From Podarcis liolepis (lineage: Eukaryota), in assembly GCA_965112155.1 (NCBI GenBank), contig OZ218100.1: a DNA stretch of 64,000 nt. One strand, given 5' to 3'. Position numbers and translations under genes: made by a program. Shown here piece by piece: positions 24,626 to 35,790 of this stretch (its first letter is position 1; every line of letters starts with the position of its first letter). Under the pieces are notes generated by a model that made no database searches, was not told where the DNA came from, and was given only the letters and a program-made list of their open reading frames with translations.

Positions 24626-25901
24626 CCTTAATATATATCCAAACTGTTTGCCTGTGTTATCATCAATCTGGTAAAACTCTCCTTTCCATTCCCGTCAGAA
24701 AATCCCTTGTATCAAGTATGCTGAATGTCCATTGTGAGTTTCATTTCATTATTTGGCTGTTTATATACCTGCAGCACAAATAATGTTCAGCTACCTGGGG
24801 TCATTTTCATTCATAGATACTCTGCAGACCTGTCACTTATAAAACACCTGGGGTCTGTGTACACTGAAGCATAAATGGTTCATTATAACTTCACTCATTT
24901 TTCACTTATTAAAGTCAATAAAAGGCTATATGTGAAATTCTACCCTAGGACTCGGCCTTGATATTTGCTACAATAAAAAAGTGCTTTCACTAACAGTGAG
25001 GTTGCCAACATTCGTAATTGCTTGATCTGGAACACAGATTTGACCAGCTAATAATGATTGGCAGCATTCTGAATCAAATGCCATCCCCCTGCCACTGAAA
25101 AAGTTGCTTTTCCAGCTTGGAATGTAAAACCAAATATTCAGCAAGCCAAGAATGCCCAAAGTCAGCTGTTTTGTAGTTGCATACATGGAAGTTCATTAAT
25201 ATGAATCCCCTGTTCTTAATAAAACTCACAATGATTGCTGTGGATTACATAACCAGACTATTGCAACCTTTTGTTTCATGAGTATCAAATTGCCCCTCAG
25301 GTTATTCCCTGCAATACTCACACATTTTTTCCTAGCTTTTAAAGTTATTATAACACTTTCCTTATCATGTAAGTGCTGTTTCAAAATGCCCCATGTGGGC
25401 AGCTCTAACATTGTACCAAGGTGATTTGTCAATAAGCCTTGGGCACATAGCAGTTGAAGCATTGCCGCTACCATCCCTGCTACCCTGTTGGAGCAGGTGG
25501 TCTAGTATGTCACCTGAAGCTACATAATGCCTATTACTAGAAGGATGTGTTGCTGCCATTTTCCAGCACCTGGATTCCACGGTTCTCTGGCATGGGCTGC
25601 CAAGAGGAACCACATGGGTTGAACACCTGGTTCTTCCTACCTGAGCAATGCTATCCCTGGAATTGGTATGCGCTGGATGTAAATCTCTCCCCCAGCCCCT
25701 ACCACACAAACAAAATTGTTGGATGAGCCTGACCTTTAAAAAAAGCGACGTTGCTGTCTTGGAAGTTGTGCCCGTAATGGAAGATGTGTGAAAAAATGTA
25801 ACGTTGGAACAATAAATACCTTCTTTTTCTTTCACCTGGGAGGAAAACGATCTAAGAACTCTAGAACTTCTGTCAAGAGTCCTTCAATGTGTACTTCTCA
25901 C

Positions 25902-26150
25902 AGAGCAATCCTATACATGCCTGCTTAGGAGCAAGTTCCATTTTCTGTTGCGCTCATGCTTCTATTTTAAACACTTGCCAATTCAGAAGTACAATCTATT
26001 GACGTCAGTAGGATTTACTCCCAGGTAAGTGGGGTAAGGGCTGCGGCCTTACTCTCTGGTACATAGGTATAGGATTTTAACTGCTGATCTGCATGGCATC
26101 TGATGAACAGCTGACAACAGAAACCTATACAAGTTTATTCAGAAGTAAGA
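25902..26150. repeat. Cluster of fragments of the ~90-bp quasi-palindromic repeat
   Basis: GCAATCCTATACATG, ATTTACTCCCAGGTAAGT, TATAGGATT and TTTATTCAGAAGTAAG motifs recur within 250 bp. Confidence 0.55.
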
Positions 26151-26588
26151 CGCCGTACGATCACTCCAACTTTGTGATGATAAACTTGTTTCCCCTCCTT
26201 TATCCTCCCCATCTTCTTCCCTCACCCCCTACCCCCCAGCTACTGAACCGTTCTAGGTAACAGCACTTGCCATAAAAGACAAATAACCTGCATCTTAAAA
26301 CAGAATAATATTTAAATGGAAGACTGAGCATGTTTTGTTTATTTCCTGCAAATAAACTTCCTCAGAAGTATCTTTAAAAAAGACTGCAGCAAATTCTATA
26401 TGACCCCCTAAAGAAAATTTTCAGAAACAAACATAAAAGCTTTATTTTACACAGCTCCATACCCTTTCCCTTTAAGAATTCAGGCACTTTTATACAACTC
26501 AAACCAATCAAGACAGAGTGTTGGAGGCAAGGAAAGAATGGTAGCCTTCTACACATTTCTGTACACACACACACTCACACACACACAC

Positions 26589-26768
26589 TCATAGAATTGT
26601 AGAGTTAGAAGGGACCCCTTGGGTCATCTGCTCCAACCCCTGCAAAGCACAGCTAAAGCATTCCTGACAGATGGCTACCCAAAACGTCCAGCAAAGTCCA
26701 CCACCTTCTGAAGTAGCCCTTTCCACTGTCAAACAGCTCTTACTGTCAGAAAGTTCTTCCTAATGTTA
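26589..26768 (-). mobile_element. CR1 LINE 3' fragment
   Basis: TCATAGAATTGTAGAGTTAGAAGGGACCCC...CAGCTCTTACTGTCAGAAAGTTCTTCCTAATGTT is the antisense CR1 3' end with its ATTCTATG terminal motif. Confidence 0.85.
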
Positions 26769-27848
26769 TATACAGTTACTAAAATCAGATCCAGTTCAAG
26801 TGTCTGGTATTCATGGTGCATTCCCAAATCAAAGGTGACCATTTGTAACAGTCATTTATTAAGTGATACCTACTCAGCTGGTCTGTTTTTTTCTGCTAGC
26901 TGTGTCACACCTCTGAGTACTCTAAATTCCACTAGACAGGTGACGAGTGCTTCATAAACTGTATATCACACTGCACTAGTATATACTGTCTGAAGCCTCT
27001 AAAAGAGAAATTAAGCTCCTTGACTCTGTAGTACCATTGCTGAGCATAATAACCCCCCCCCTCACTTGTCTGGAAAGGGAGGGGAGAAAGCCTTGCGACA
27101 GCCTCATTCCACAGCATTTTTATTTGGTTTATTTTTTGCTTTAATGTGTCTGTCAGAAGAGCTGATGTGGGTGTAAAAGTGGAACGAACACATTTCCCAT
27201 AATGTCTTGTGAATCATGAGAAAGGCCTCATCTGTTACTTTTCCTGTGTAGGTGGTCAGTTGCAGATTGCCTTAATTTTTACCACAACCTTCCACACAGC
27301 TTGTATTGCAAGCATCTTGCTGCCCTAAATTATATTTTATCCCCCCCTCCTAGATGTGCAGCACACCTTTGGCTTTACAGAATCAGCAGCCAAATGTTCT
27401 TTATGCTCCTGCCAGATTTTACATAAGGCAATAATGGCAGTTTAGAAGGCTGTTGCATAAATTGTATCACCTAGCAAAAGAGGATATATTAGTCTTTGAA
27501 CAATTCCTTGCAGTTCATATGGAATGGTTCCATTTGAATGCTGCTGTTAGGTTTTGTTTTTTAAGTGTGACAGTTCTGTGGTCAGTCACAACCTCTCATT
27601 AGCCTGGAATACCAACAGCTCCCTCTCTTCTCACCCCCAAACCTTAAAGATGTTTGCATCAGGATTGTGTTAATGTCAACTGCTGTCCCCCTCTCTTCTT
27701 TTAATACTTCTAATTCAAATATAGTTCCCTGGCAAGAGAATATGATTTCTGTGCCAGCTCCAGACATGTAGTATTGCTCCCAAATACATGAGAATAAAAT
27801 ATTGTGACTTCTGGAAGCTATTTCCTCGGTGTATGCATTTTCTTGGAG

Positions 27849-27850
<2 letters not shown>

Positions 27851-27890
<40 letters not shown>
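27851..27890. repeat. (GT)20 microsatellite
   Basis: Direct reading. Confidence 0.97.
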
Positions 27891-27891
<1 letters not shown>

Positions 27892-28998
27892 GTTCTTTCT
27901 TGAATAATTCAGCTAGAAATCCTACACACAACTGGGAATAAGTCCCATTGAATTCAGTTTAGGTCAGAGTAAAGATACATAAGGCTGCATCGTCAGTAAC
28001 ACTTCTTTTATTATTACTTATTTAGCTTCCAAATTGCCCTTCATCAGCTGTAGTTTCAGGGCAAACAAAACACAGACAAACAAAACTTTTTAAAAAACAG
28101 CATTTCAATACAGTTCTGGATTTAAACTTTTAAAATCAACTGTATTGCTTTTCTCCCAAGCATTCTCCAGTTTTGGCAATAGCTTTTCCTGTGGCAAGCC
28201 ATGGTTGGGGAGGGATAGGAGGAGAGGAAAACTGAATTAGTGATGGAATTTTTCTAGTAGCTTTTGCTTATCCCAGACTTCCAAGTGCATCCAATGCATT
28301 CAGAAGCCCTTTAAAACCTCTAGGTTGAGTTCAAACTCATGCTGATCTAAAAAAAGAGGATCGGCTTATTTTATGAATTCCCTACGCACCTATTTGAGAC
28401 TGACATGTCCCTGTTTTTGATGATTACTACATTCTTTTACAAAGAGATATGAAACCATTAGCAATGGGAGGGGGGAGTTCGGTATACGAGAGAATGTATC
28501 CCAGAGTTGTGCATTTGAAAGTTATGCAATATTGCATTTTCCTCCCCTACTAGTCACAGAAAACTGTAACTGATCAGTGTTTGTTTGAGATGAAAGTCTT
28601 GCCACACAGCACTCAGAGGCAATGAATTTGTCATTGTGTCACAGTAAGCCAATGAGTAGTTGTATGAGGAAGGGGAATACACTTGATCACCACTACCCTT
28701 TCAAAGATAGGGCTTTGTCCTTGGCTGAGTGACCTTATCACCTAGACAAGTCTGGCTACGTGTAGGGATGGAGAAATCTGTAAATCTTAGTTTGCTTCCA
28801 ATTCTTCCAGTCTTCAGTTCACATTTCTACATCATCCCAAGAAACTTCACCAGCATTTTAGTGAAAATTTCTCCTAATATGTACATTTTAGTGCAAATTT
28901 CTCCTAATATGTACATTTTAATGCAATTTTTCCAAATATACATGTTTCTGGCATCCATTTCCCACAATAGAATGCATTTTTGTACCTTATTTTAAGTA

Positions 28999-29255
28999 CC
29001 ATATTTTTGCTCTATAAGATTCACTTTTTCCCTCCTAAAAAGTAAGGGGAAATGTGTGTGCGTCTTATGGAGCGAATGCAGGCTGTGTAGCTATCCCAGA
29101 AACCAGAACAGCAAGAGGGATCCCTGCTTTCGCTGCACAGCGATCCCTCTTGCTGTTCTGGCTTCTGAGATTCAGAATATTTTTTTCTCGTCTTCCTCCT
29201 CCAAAAACTAGGTGCGTCTTATGGTCTGGTGCATCTTATAGAGCGAAAAATACAG
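28999..29255 (+). mobile_element. Tc1/mariner (Tc2-type, CCGTA TIR) MITE copy 1
   Basis: TA-CCATATTTTTGCTCTATAAGA...TCTTATAGAGCGAAAAATACAG-TA. Confidence 0.85.
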
Positions 29256-29338
29256 TAATATATTATTCATTTTCATTCACACTTTACCTGAGCACATGCA
29301 TTTTTGTACTCATTACTTTGGTGGAGAACTGCATTGCA

Positions 29339-29383
<45 letters not shown>

Positions 29384-29385
<2 letters not shown>

Positions 29386-29552
29386 GTATTTTTCGCTCTA
29401 TAACACGCACCCGACCATAACACGCACGTAGTTTTTAGAGGAGGAAAATCTGTAGGCATGCCACCCGTAGGCATTCCCTCCATAACACGCACAGACATTT
29501 TCCCTTACTTTTTAGGAGGAAAAAAGTGAGTGTTATGGTGCAAAAAATACGG
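29384..29552 (-). mobile_element. Tc2-type MITE copy 2, inverted relative to copy 1
   Basis: CCGTATTTTTCGCTCTATAACACGCAC...GTGCAAAAAATACGG. Its start is the reverse complement of the end of copy 1. Flanked by (CA)n and (TA)n. Confidence 0.85.
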
Positions 29553-29602
<50 letters not shown>

Positions 29603-29647
29603 GGTTTTGGTGTCTTCGGGTGTCTTCCCGTGTAAGAGTTGGGGTGT

Positions 29648-29692
29648 CTAGGCGACGTTTCGACGAGGTCTCACTCGTCATCTTCAGGCTGG
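29648..29692 (-). ncRNA. Minimal type I hammerhead ribozyme motif (inverted copy)
   Basis: Exact reverse complement of 30097-30141. Confidence 0.7.
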
Positions 29693-30096
29693 TGCTTTCG
29701 GCTTCTTGTTACTGGAACAGAGCAGGATCTCAGTGTTTGAGTTCCTATAAATACTGTTGAGGGGGTGTGGTGTATAGCCTCCAACGTTCTGGGCAGAGAG
29801 GAAGTTCCCAGGTTAGTGTGCCTTTTCTTCTTTTGTTCCTTAATTACTTGAGGGATATCTTGAGTGATTTCTTGAGTGATATTCTGAGTACCACTTAGGT
29901 GGGTCATTAGGTGTGGATTAGTTGCTAAAGCTTTTGTGTCTTGACCTCTTGAGCTTGTGAAGAAAAGGCACACTAACCTGGGAACTTCCTCTCTGCCCAG
30001 AACGTTGGAGGCTATACACCACACCCCCTCAACAGTATTTATAGGAACTCAAACACTGAGATCCTGCTCTGTTCCAGTAACAAGAAGCCGAAAGCA

Positions 30097-30141
30097 CCAG
30101 CCTGAAGATGACGAGTGAGACCTCGTCGAAACGTCGCCTAG
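30097..30141 (+). ncRNA. Minimal type I hammerhead ribozyme motif
   Basis: CTGAAGA core (30102-30108), helix II GACGAG/CTCGTC (30110-30115 / 30122-30127), GAAA, palindromic ACGT helix III, GUC cleavage triplet ending at 30135. Helix I is short and imperfect. Confidence 0.7.
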
Positions 30142-30218
30142 ACACCCCAACTCTTACACGGGAAGACACCCGAAGACACCAAAACCTGCATTCCTGTACC
30201 CGTGAAAATCTACGAAAG

Positions 30219-30270
<52 letters not shown>

Positions 30271-31142
30271 GCAGAAGGGTGAATTTTGTGGGAAGGCTGC
30301 CTTTCATGGCACATATTATTTTGGGAAGTGTAAATAGGTAAAAAGCGTACTGAGTTTCTCCACCATAGCTAGCTATGTGGAAGAAAATCATCCATGGGCT
30401 CAGAACAATTCCTGTCCATCTGTCTCCCTGTAACACTTTCCCCAACCATCACCCCTAAACAATCTAATGGAGAAAGAAAACCATTCTGTTAGATTGGAAG
30501 GAGAAAATCCTGGAAGGATGAAATGCAGAAGTGCAGGAGGGAAGCCCACTTTTTTGTGGAAGGCCAGTGGGGGTTGTCTGCTCTCCCCCAGCCATGAGTT
30601 TTGCCCCTGTACCATTTCATTCCAGTCCATGGTCTTTGTTCCTATTTTGGACCATCTCTGTATTTAATTTCCACTTGCCTGATTTCCCTGACACTCACTT
30701 CTCCGAGGCATCCACCCACTCTGCTTATTGTGCACCGTGCATCTTGTCACTCCTTGGCTGGCTATCTCCACACCCGCCCACTTCATTGTGATCTCTTGAG
30801 CACTTTTATAAATGAATATAATGTTCTCAAAGGACATCAGTATATTTCTTTCGTTGACAGTAATTTTATACTACAGGTCTTGAAATGCTATTTCTCCCGA
30901 GGTCATACAAGAAGCTTCATTTGCAAGAAGAGAACAATAATGCTTTTAAAATTAATTATAAGTCCTTCACCTAAGTAGCAGTCTGCTTCTTCTTTTTGTC
31001 AAAAATTATATTTGAAAGGCAAAAACGGTGCCGTTTTCATACTGGAGGGCAAATAAAGTGGAGGCCTTTGGTTTAACTCATCTGCTTATCATAAGTGTAT
31101 ACTCAGTTCTGACCAAACTAAGCCTTCTAGGAGAACTGAGTA

Positions 31143-31386
31143 CAGTCATACCTTGGTTTTCGAACAGCTTAGTTCTCAAATGTTTTGGCTCCTGAATACT
31201 ACAAACCTGGACGTGAGTGTTCCGGTTTGTGAACTATTTTTGGAAGTCAAACATCTGACAGGCCTTCTGCAGCTTCCGATTGACTGCAGGAGCTTCCTGC
31301 AGCCAATCAGAAGCCATACTTTGCTTTTCAAACATTTTGAAAGTTCCTTCCGGAACAGATTCCATTTGACTTCCGAGGCACAACTG
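31143..31386. mobile_element. Tc1/mariner MITE (family B)
   Basis: TA-CAGTCATACCTTGG...CCGAGGCACAACTG-TA. The subterminal TTCCGGAAC motif is shared with family A. Confidence 0.8.
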
Positions 31387-31399
31387 TATACACTTCCAG

Positions 31400-31824
31400 G
31401 TAAAGGTAAAGGTAAAGGTAAAGGTAAAGGTAAAGGTAAAGGTAAAGGTAAAGGTAAAGGTAAAGGTAAAGGTAAAGGTACCACTGCCCGTATAGGCCAG
31501 TCGTGTCCAACTCTAGGGTTGTGCGCCCATCTCACTTAAGAGGCCGGGGCCAGCGCTGTCCGGAGACACTTCCAGGTCACGTGGCCAGCGTGACGAAGCT
31601 GCTCTGGCGAGCCAGCACCAGCGCAGCACACGGAAACGCCGTTTCCCTTCCCGCTAGAAAGCAGTACCTATTTATCTACTTGCACTTAGGGGTGCTTTCG
31701 AACTGCTAGGTGGGCAGGAGCTGGGAACGAAAGACGGGAGCTCACCCCGCCGCAGGGATTCGAAGCGCCGACCATGCGATCGGCAAGCCCTAGGCGCTGA
31801 GGTTTTACCCACAGCGCCACCCGC
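31400..31824 (-). mobile_element. Sauria SINE with expanded (TTTACC)13 tail
   Basis: (GGTAAA)13 at 31399-31476, full SINE body, 12-bp TSD ATACACTTCCAG (31388-31399, 31825-31836). Confidence 0.95.
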
Positions 31825-34629
31825 ATACACTTCCAGAGTTAACGCTAAATACAAAAATTCTGGTAAATGAGCCTCCAGAGCCACTTGAGGGCTATGAAAA
31901 TTTGTGTCTCTAGCTTTTGGGATTCATTTTCCCATGTAATATCTGAAACCAAAGGGGCACATTGGTTACCAGATGTGAATTTCCCCCCCAGTTCTCCTAC
32001 CCCACTACTTATCGGAAGCCTTCAAGCAGGACTTAACTACAGCAACAACTCTCTGCTTGGAATTCCCAGCCACTGGTATACAGAGGCATACTGTGGATGT
32101 AGAACATAGCTGTCATAGGTAGTAGCATGTTTGTCTTTGCAATGTAATAGTAGCCTCAGATGAACTCTGAAAAGGAGCTGTGGGACTACCATACATACAC
32201 ATTGCCAATGTGCCCACCAGTCACATCCCCTTTCTGTCACATGTTTAATGATACTGACATACATGTTGAGCTCTTTCATGTGATGTAGGAAACGGGGGAA
32301 ATCAGGACAACAACAACACTACTACCCCTGACTGGAGGTTTGCTCTATGTTCATCCATTAGTTACCGCATGTATAGCCTGCAAGGAACTCTACTCCAATG
32401 TCTTATGTGAACACTAAGATATCCAAATGAAATTCAATGGGCACATTCAAGCTAGCATTCCACATTTCAGATACAAATACCACCTCAAAAGGGATATGCA
32501 CAAATGCATTGAAATAACAGATCGGCTTGGAGGAGTGAAAGAGTGGGATGGAAGATGGCATGTCCATCCAGGATGTAATTATTTGCTTAATTATGGAGCC
32601 CCAGATCACCTCCCACACATATCTTGAAGGTGGGCAGGAAAGATCAGAGTGGACAATTATGTACTACGCACAGATGAAAAATTGGAAATAATTGCTATAA
32701 ATAGAAATGCCTCTCACTGTAATGAGGCAGACTGTGACCAGCTGACCTCCATGCCTGATCAGTCAACTTCTCAAGTGTGAACTATTAATGGCAACTAGAA
32801 GGCCCTTGTTCTCCCTTCTTATCTTTCTTTATCTTTAAAATGGACTTGGCCCAGAAAGCCCTTCAAACAGAAGACACCTTCAAGAAGAGGATAATGTGTT
32901 ATCTCCCTTGAGCACTGAATCATAGAATTGTAGAGTTGGAAGGGGCCCTGAGGGAATATCAGACAGTATTTGGTGTGACCACTTACAACATAGATCTCTG
33001 CTTGAAGTTCAGACTACAGCTCGTCCTCTGCTTTATCAAAGTGCTTTGATGGAAAATACAAAATGGAACGTGATGCCTGGCTGGCTTAAAGACTGACATT
33101 AAAATGAGAGTTGGTGTACAGATTCAGAACAAACCTTTACAGTCCACACCTATTTTCCAGGGGGCCAGAAAAGCACGCTGTCATTCCATCTCTCCCATGA
33201 GCACCGAAATGTCACAACAAAATTGGATACATATTTGCAAAGTTAGAACACCAGGTGACCCTCATGTGCATTGGAAATGTGGGAAAGGAAGAAAAGATAC
33301 AAAATACACTACCATGCAAACAAAATGTGAAGTAAGATATTTTGCTTATTTACAGTTATCTTTTTGGAAAGATTTTGGAATCGGCTACGGCTACTTTTCT
33401 GACATGATGATGAACTAGATGTGCCTTTGGTCTGATCCAGTGGAGTTCTTCTTATGTTCTTACCTGGGTCTCTGAAACATTGTCAATTACTTGTTCTTGT
33501 CATTTTGTATTTTGACACTTTAAAAAACTGACAAGGACAGCGGGTCTCTTACAGGGACTTCTAGCTCAATGCCCAAATAATGGCACGGTCACAAGTTCTG
33601 CTAATTTTAATAGCACACGTTCCTGTCATCAGGCTACACACTTGTTCCTGTTTGTCACATCCCTCAATCTAAATAATAGGCACTTAAACATTATGCAGAT
33701 GGATGTTGGTGCACAACCCAAAATAGATTCAGAGGCACAATTTTGCATATGAATGCTCTGTAGATATGCATATCAGTGTTTTTTTTTTTCAAAGAACACT
33801 CTAAGAAGTTCAGAGGAAATAAGTAAGTAGTGAAGACATTTCTAGGTTGAAAAGGAAGAGCAGTGGATAATGAAACCAGCAATAAGTAGGATACTAGCAC
33901 AAGGGTTTAATAGATTTGCCTTAAAGTTCTCTGTAACAAAGTCAAAATTTCTAGCTGAAAACTATGCCATCTAAAAATCAAAAGGTATCATGAATAAGTA
34001 TTCTTTAACATGGGTCAATCAAAATCAGCTTTCCATTATATTGCATATTTGTTTATTTTTGTAGGTATAGCCCATACTATATCTGAAGTTCTAACTTAGG
34101 GAGATGCACCTTTAAAATAAATTAGAAATATCAACTGAAGTCTCTCTGTTAAACTCCAGTAATATATTAGTATAGGTCAACCTGTTTAGACTAACAATAA
34201 AACATACTGAGAATAACATTATTCAACAACCTCGAATGCCAAAGCTAATTTTGAAAGACTTGTGCTCCTTGCAGAAGATGGTTAGGTTTGAGGCAAGTAA
34301 TATTTCTAGAATAGAACTAACCATCAGTGGTACTGCCATTGGAATCTCTTCTCTGCATCTGATTATTATCTCAACATAGTGCAAGCTGAAAATTGTTTGG
34401 GCTGCAATCTAGAACATGCTGACCTGGGTGCTCCCCTGATGGAGCACATTGGGACTTATGAGCTAGATGATATTTCAGTTGAAGACTGACTCTGTAAACC
34501 TTAAGCTATTTCATCTGTGACACTCAGCAGTACTCTTCAGGCAACTTTATGAGCGTACATGGGGGACTTGCCTCCCAATGTATGTCCTTTTGCCCCACAG
34601 GCATTTGGTGTAATTTCTGAAAGAACCTA

Positions 34630-34991
34630 AGGTAAAGGTAAAAGTACCCCTGCCCGTACGGGCCAGTCTTGCCAGACTCTAGGGTTGTGGTGCTCATCTC
34701 ACTCTATAGGCCGGGAGCCAGCGCTCTCCGCAGACACTTCCGGGTCACATGGCCAGCGTGACGAAGCTACTCTGGCAAGCCAGAGCCGCACACGGAAACG
34801 CCGTTTACCTTCCCGCTAGTAAGCGGCCCCCATTTATCTACTTGCACCCGGGGGTGCTTTCGAACTGCTAGGTTGGCAGGCGCTGGGACTGATCAACGGG
34901 AGCGCACCCCGCTGTGGGGATTCAAACCACCGACCATGCGATCGGCAAGTCCTAGGCGCAGAGGTTTAACCCACAGCGCTACCCGCGTCCC
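34630..34991 (-). mobile_element. Sauria SINE flanked by a 54-bp direct repeat
   Basis: Head GGGACGCGGGT at 34991, (ACCTTT)n tail. Direct repeats at 34576-34629 and 34992-35045. Confidence 0.95.
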
Positions 34992-35104
34992 CAATGTATG
35001 TCCTTTTGCCCCACGGGCATTTGGTGTAATTTCTGAAAGCACCTACATGTCTACAAAACTAAACTGCCTTCAACCTTTCACCTTAACACACGGTGACCAA
35101 AAAT

Positions 35105-35790
35105 GAGTCCAAGTCAATGAAGCTGAATGTTGGCAGATTCAAGACAGTTAAAAAAAAAGAAGTACTTCTTCACATAACATGTAGTTAACCTATGGAATTT
35201 GTTCCCAAAAGTTGCAGTGATGGCCATCAACTTGGATGGCTTTACAAGAGGATTAGACAAATTCATGGAGGATAAGGTTATTTTGAATGATGGTGCTGGA
35301 GGAGACTCTTGAGAGTCCCATGGACTGCAAGAAGAACAAACCTATCCATTCTTAAGGAAATCAGCCCTGAGTGCTCACTAGAAGCACAGATGGTGAAGCT
35401 GAGGCTCCAATACTTTGGCCACCTCATGAGAAGAGAAGACTCCCTGTGAAAGATCCTGATGTTGGGAAAGATTGAGGGCGCAAGAAGAAGGGGACGACAG
35501 AGGACAAGATGGTTGGACAGTGTTCTCGAAGCTACCAGCATGAGTTTGAACAAACTGCGGGAAGCAGTGGAAGACAGGAGTGCCTGGTGTGCCTTGGTCC
35601 ATGGGGTCACGAAGAGTCGGACATGACTAAACGACTAAACAACAACAACAACAAGGTTATCAATGGCTGCAAGCAGTGATGGCTACATTACACCCCTCAT
35701 ATGACTCTGGGAATCACAAGTGGGGCATGTCCACAAGAACCAGGTTAGCCACCATGAGAACAGGGTGCTGGACTAGATGGGCTCTTCATT
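35105..35790 (+). mobile_element. CR1 LINE 3' fragment interrupted by BovB
   Basis: GAAGTACTTCTTCAC...GATGGCTTTACAAGAGGATTAGACAAATTCATGGAGGATAAGG continues after BovB as TATCAATGGCT...GCTGGACTAGATGGGC. Confidence 0.8.
35282..35652 (+). mobile_element. BovB (RTE-BovB) LINE, 5'-truncated 3' end
   Basis: Translates as WCWRRLLRVPWTARRTNLSILKEISPECSLEAQMVKLRLQYFGHLMRREDSL*KILMLGKIEGARRRGRQRTRWLD...VHGVTKSRT. (CAA)n tail. 8-bp TSD AAGGTTAT (35274-35281, 35653-35660). Confidence 0.95.

Larger units (their letters stand above)
29598..30220. mobile_element. Penelope-like element remnant: inverted pseudo-LTR pair inserted in (TA)n
   Basis: Perfect 233-bp inverted repeat (29598-29830 / 29959-30191) with a 128-bp spacer. 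A 29-nt 3' tail (30192-30220, CCGTGAAAATCTACG) follows the + copy only. Hammerhead motif in each arm. (TA)n at 29555-29599 and 30221-30268. Confidence 0.88.
28763..30371 (+). mobile_element. Old AT-rich hAT-like repeat (family H), split into three pieces by nested insertions
   Basis: Starts TAGGGATGG. Has ~30-bp internal units (AAATTTCTCCTAATATGTACATTTT). Pieces 28763-28998, 29256-29340 and 30269-30371 are collinear with the copy at 45876-46612. Confidence 0.6.

Noticed and set aside
25365-25835. 156-aa minus-strand ORF
   Set aside because: No recognisable domain, and the length is compatible with chance.
28850-28950. CRISPR-like or satellite array of ~30-bp units
   Set aside because: Adjacent degenerate units without spacers, internal to the family H repeat, in a vertebrate genome.
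29530-30445. Two ORFs sharing the peptide CRFWCLRVSSRVRVG... on opposite strands
   Set aside because: A by-product of the perfect inverted repeat and (TA)n read-through, not duplicated genes.
31153-31539. GK-repeat / PL-repeat proteins
   Set aside because: Translations of the (GGTAAA)13 SINE tail.
32380-32770. Possible exon or Vingi/LINE fragment
   Set aside because: No consistent reading frame, splice signals or diagnostic motif could be established.
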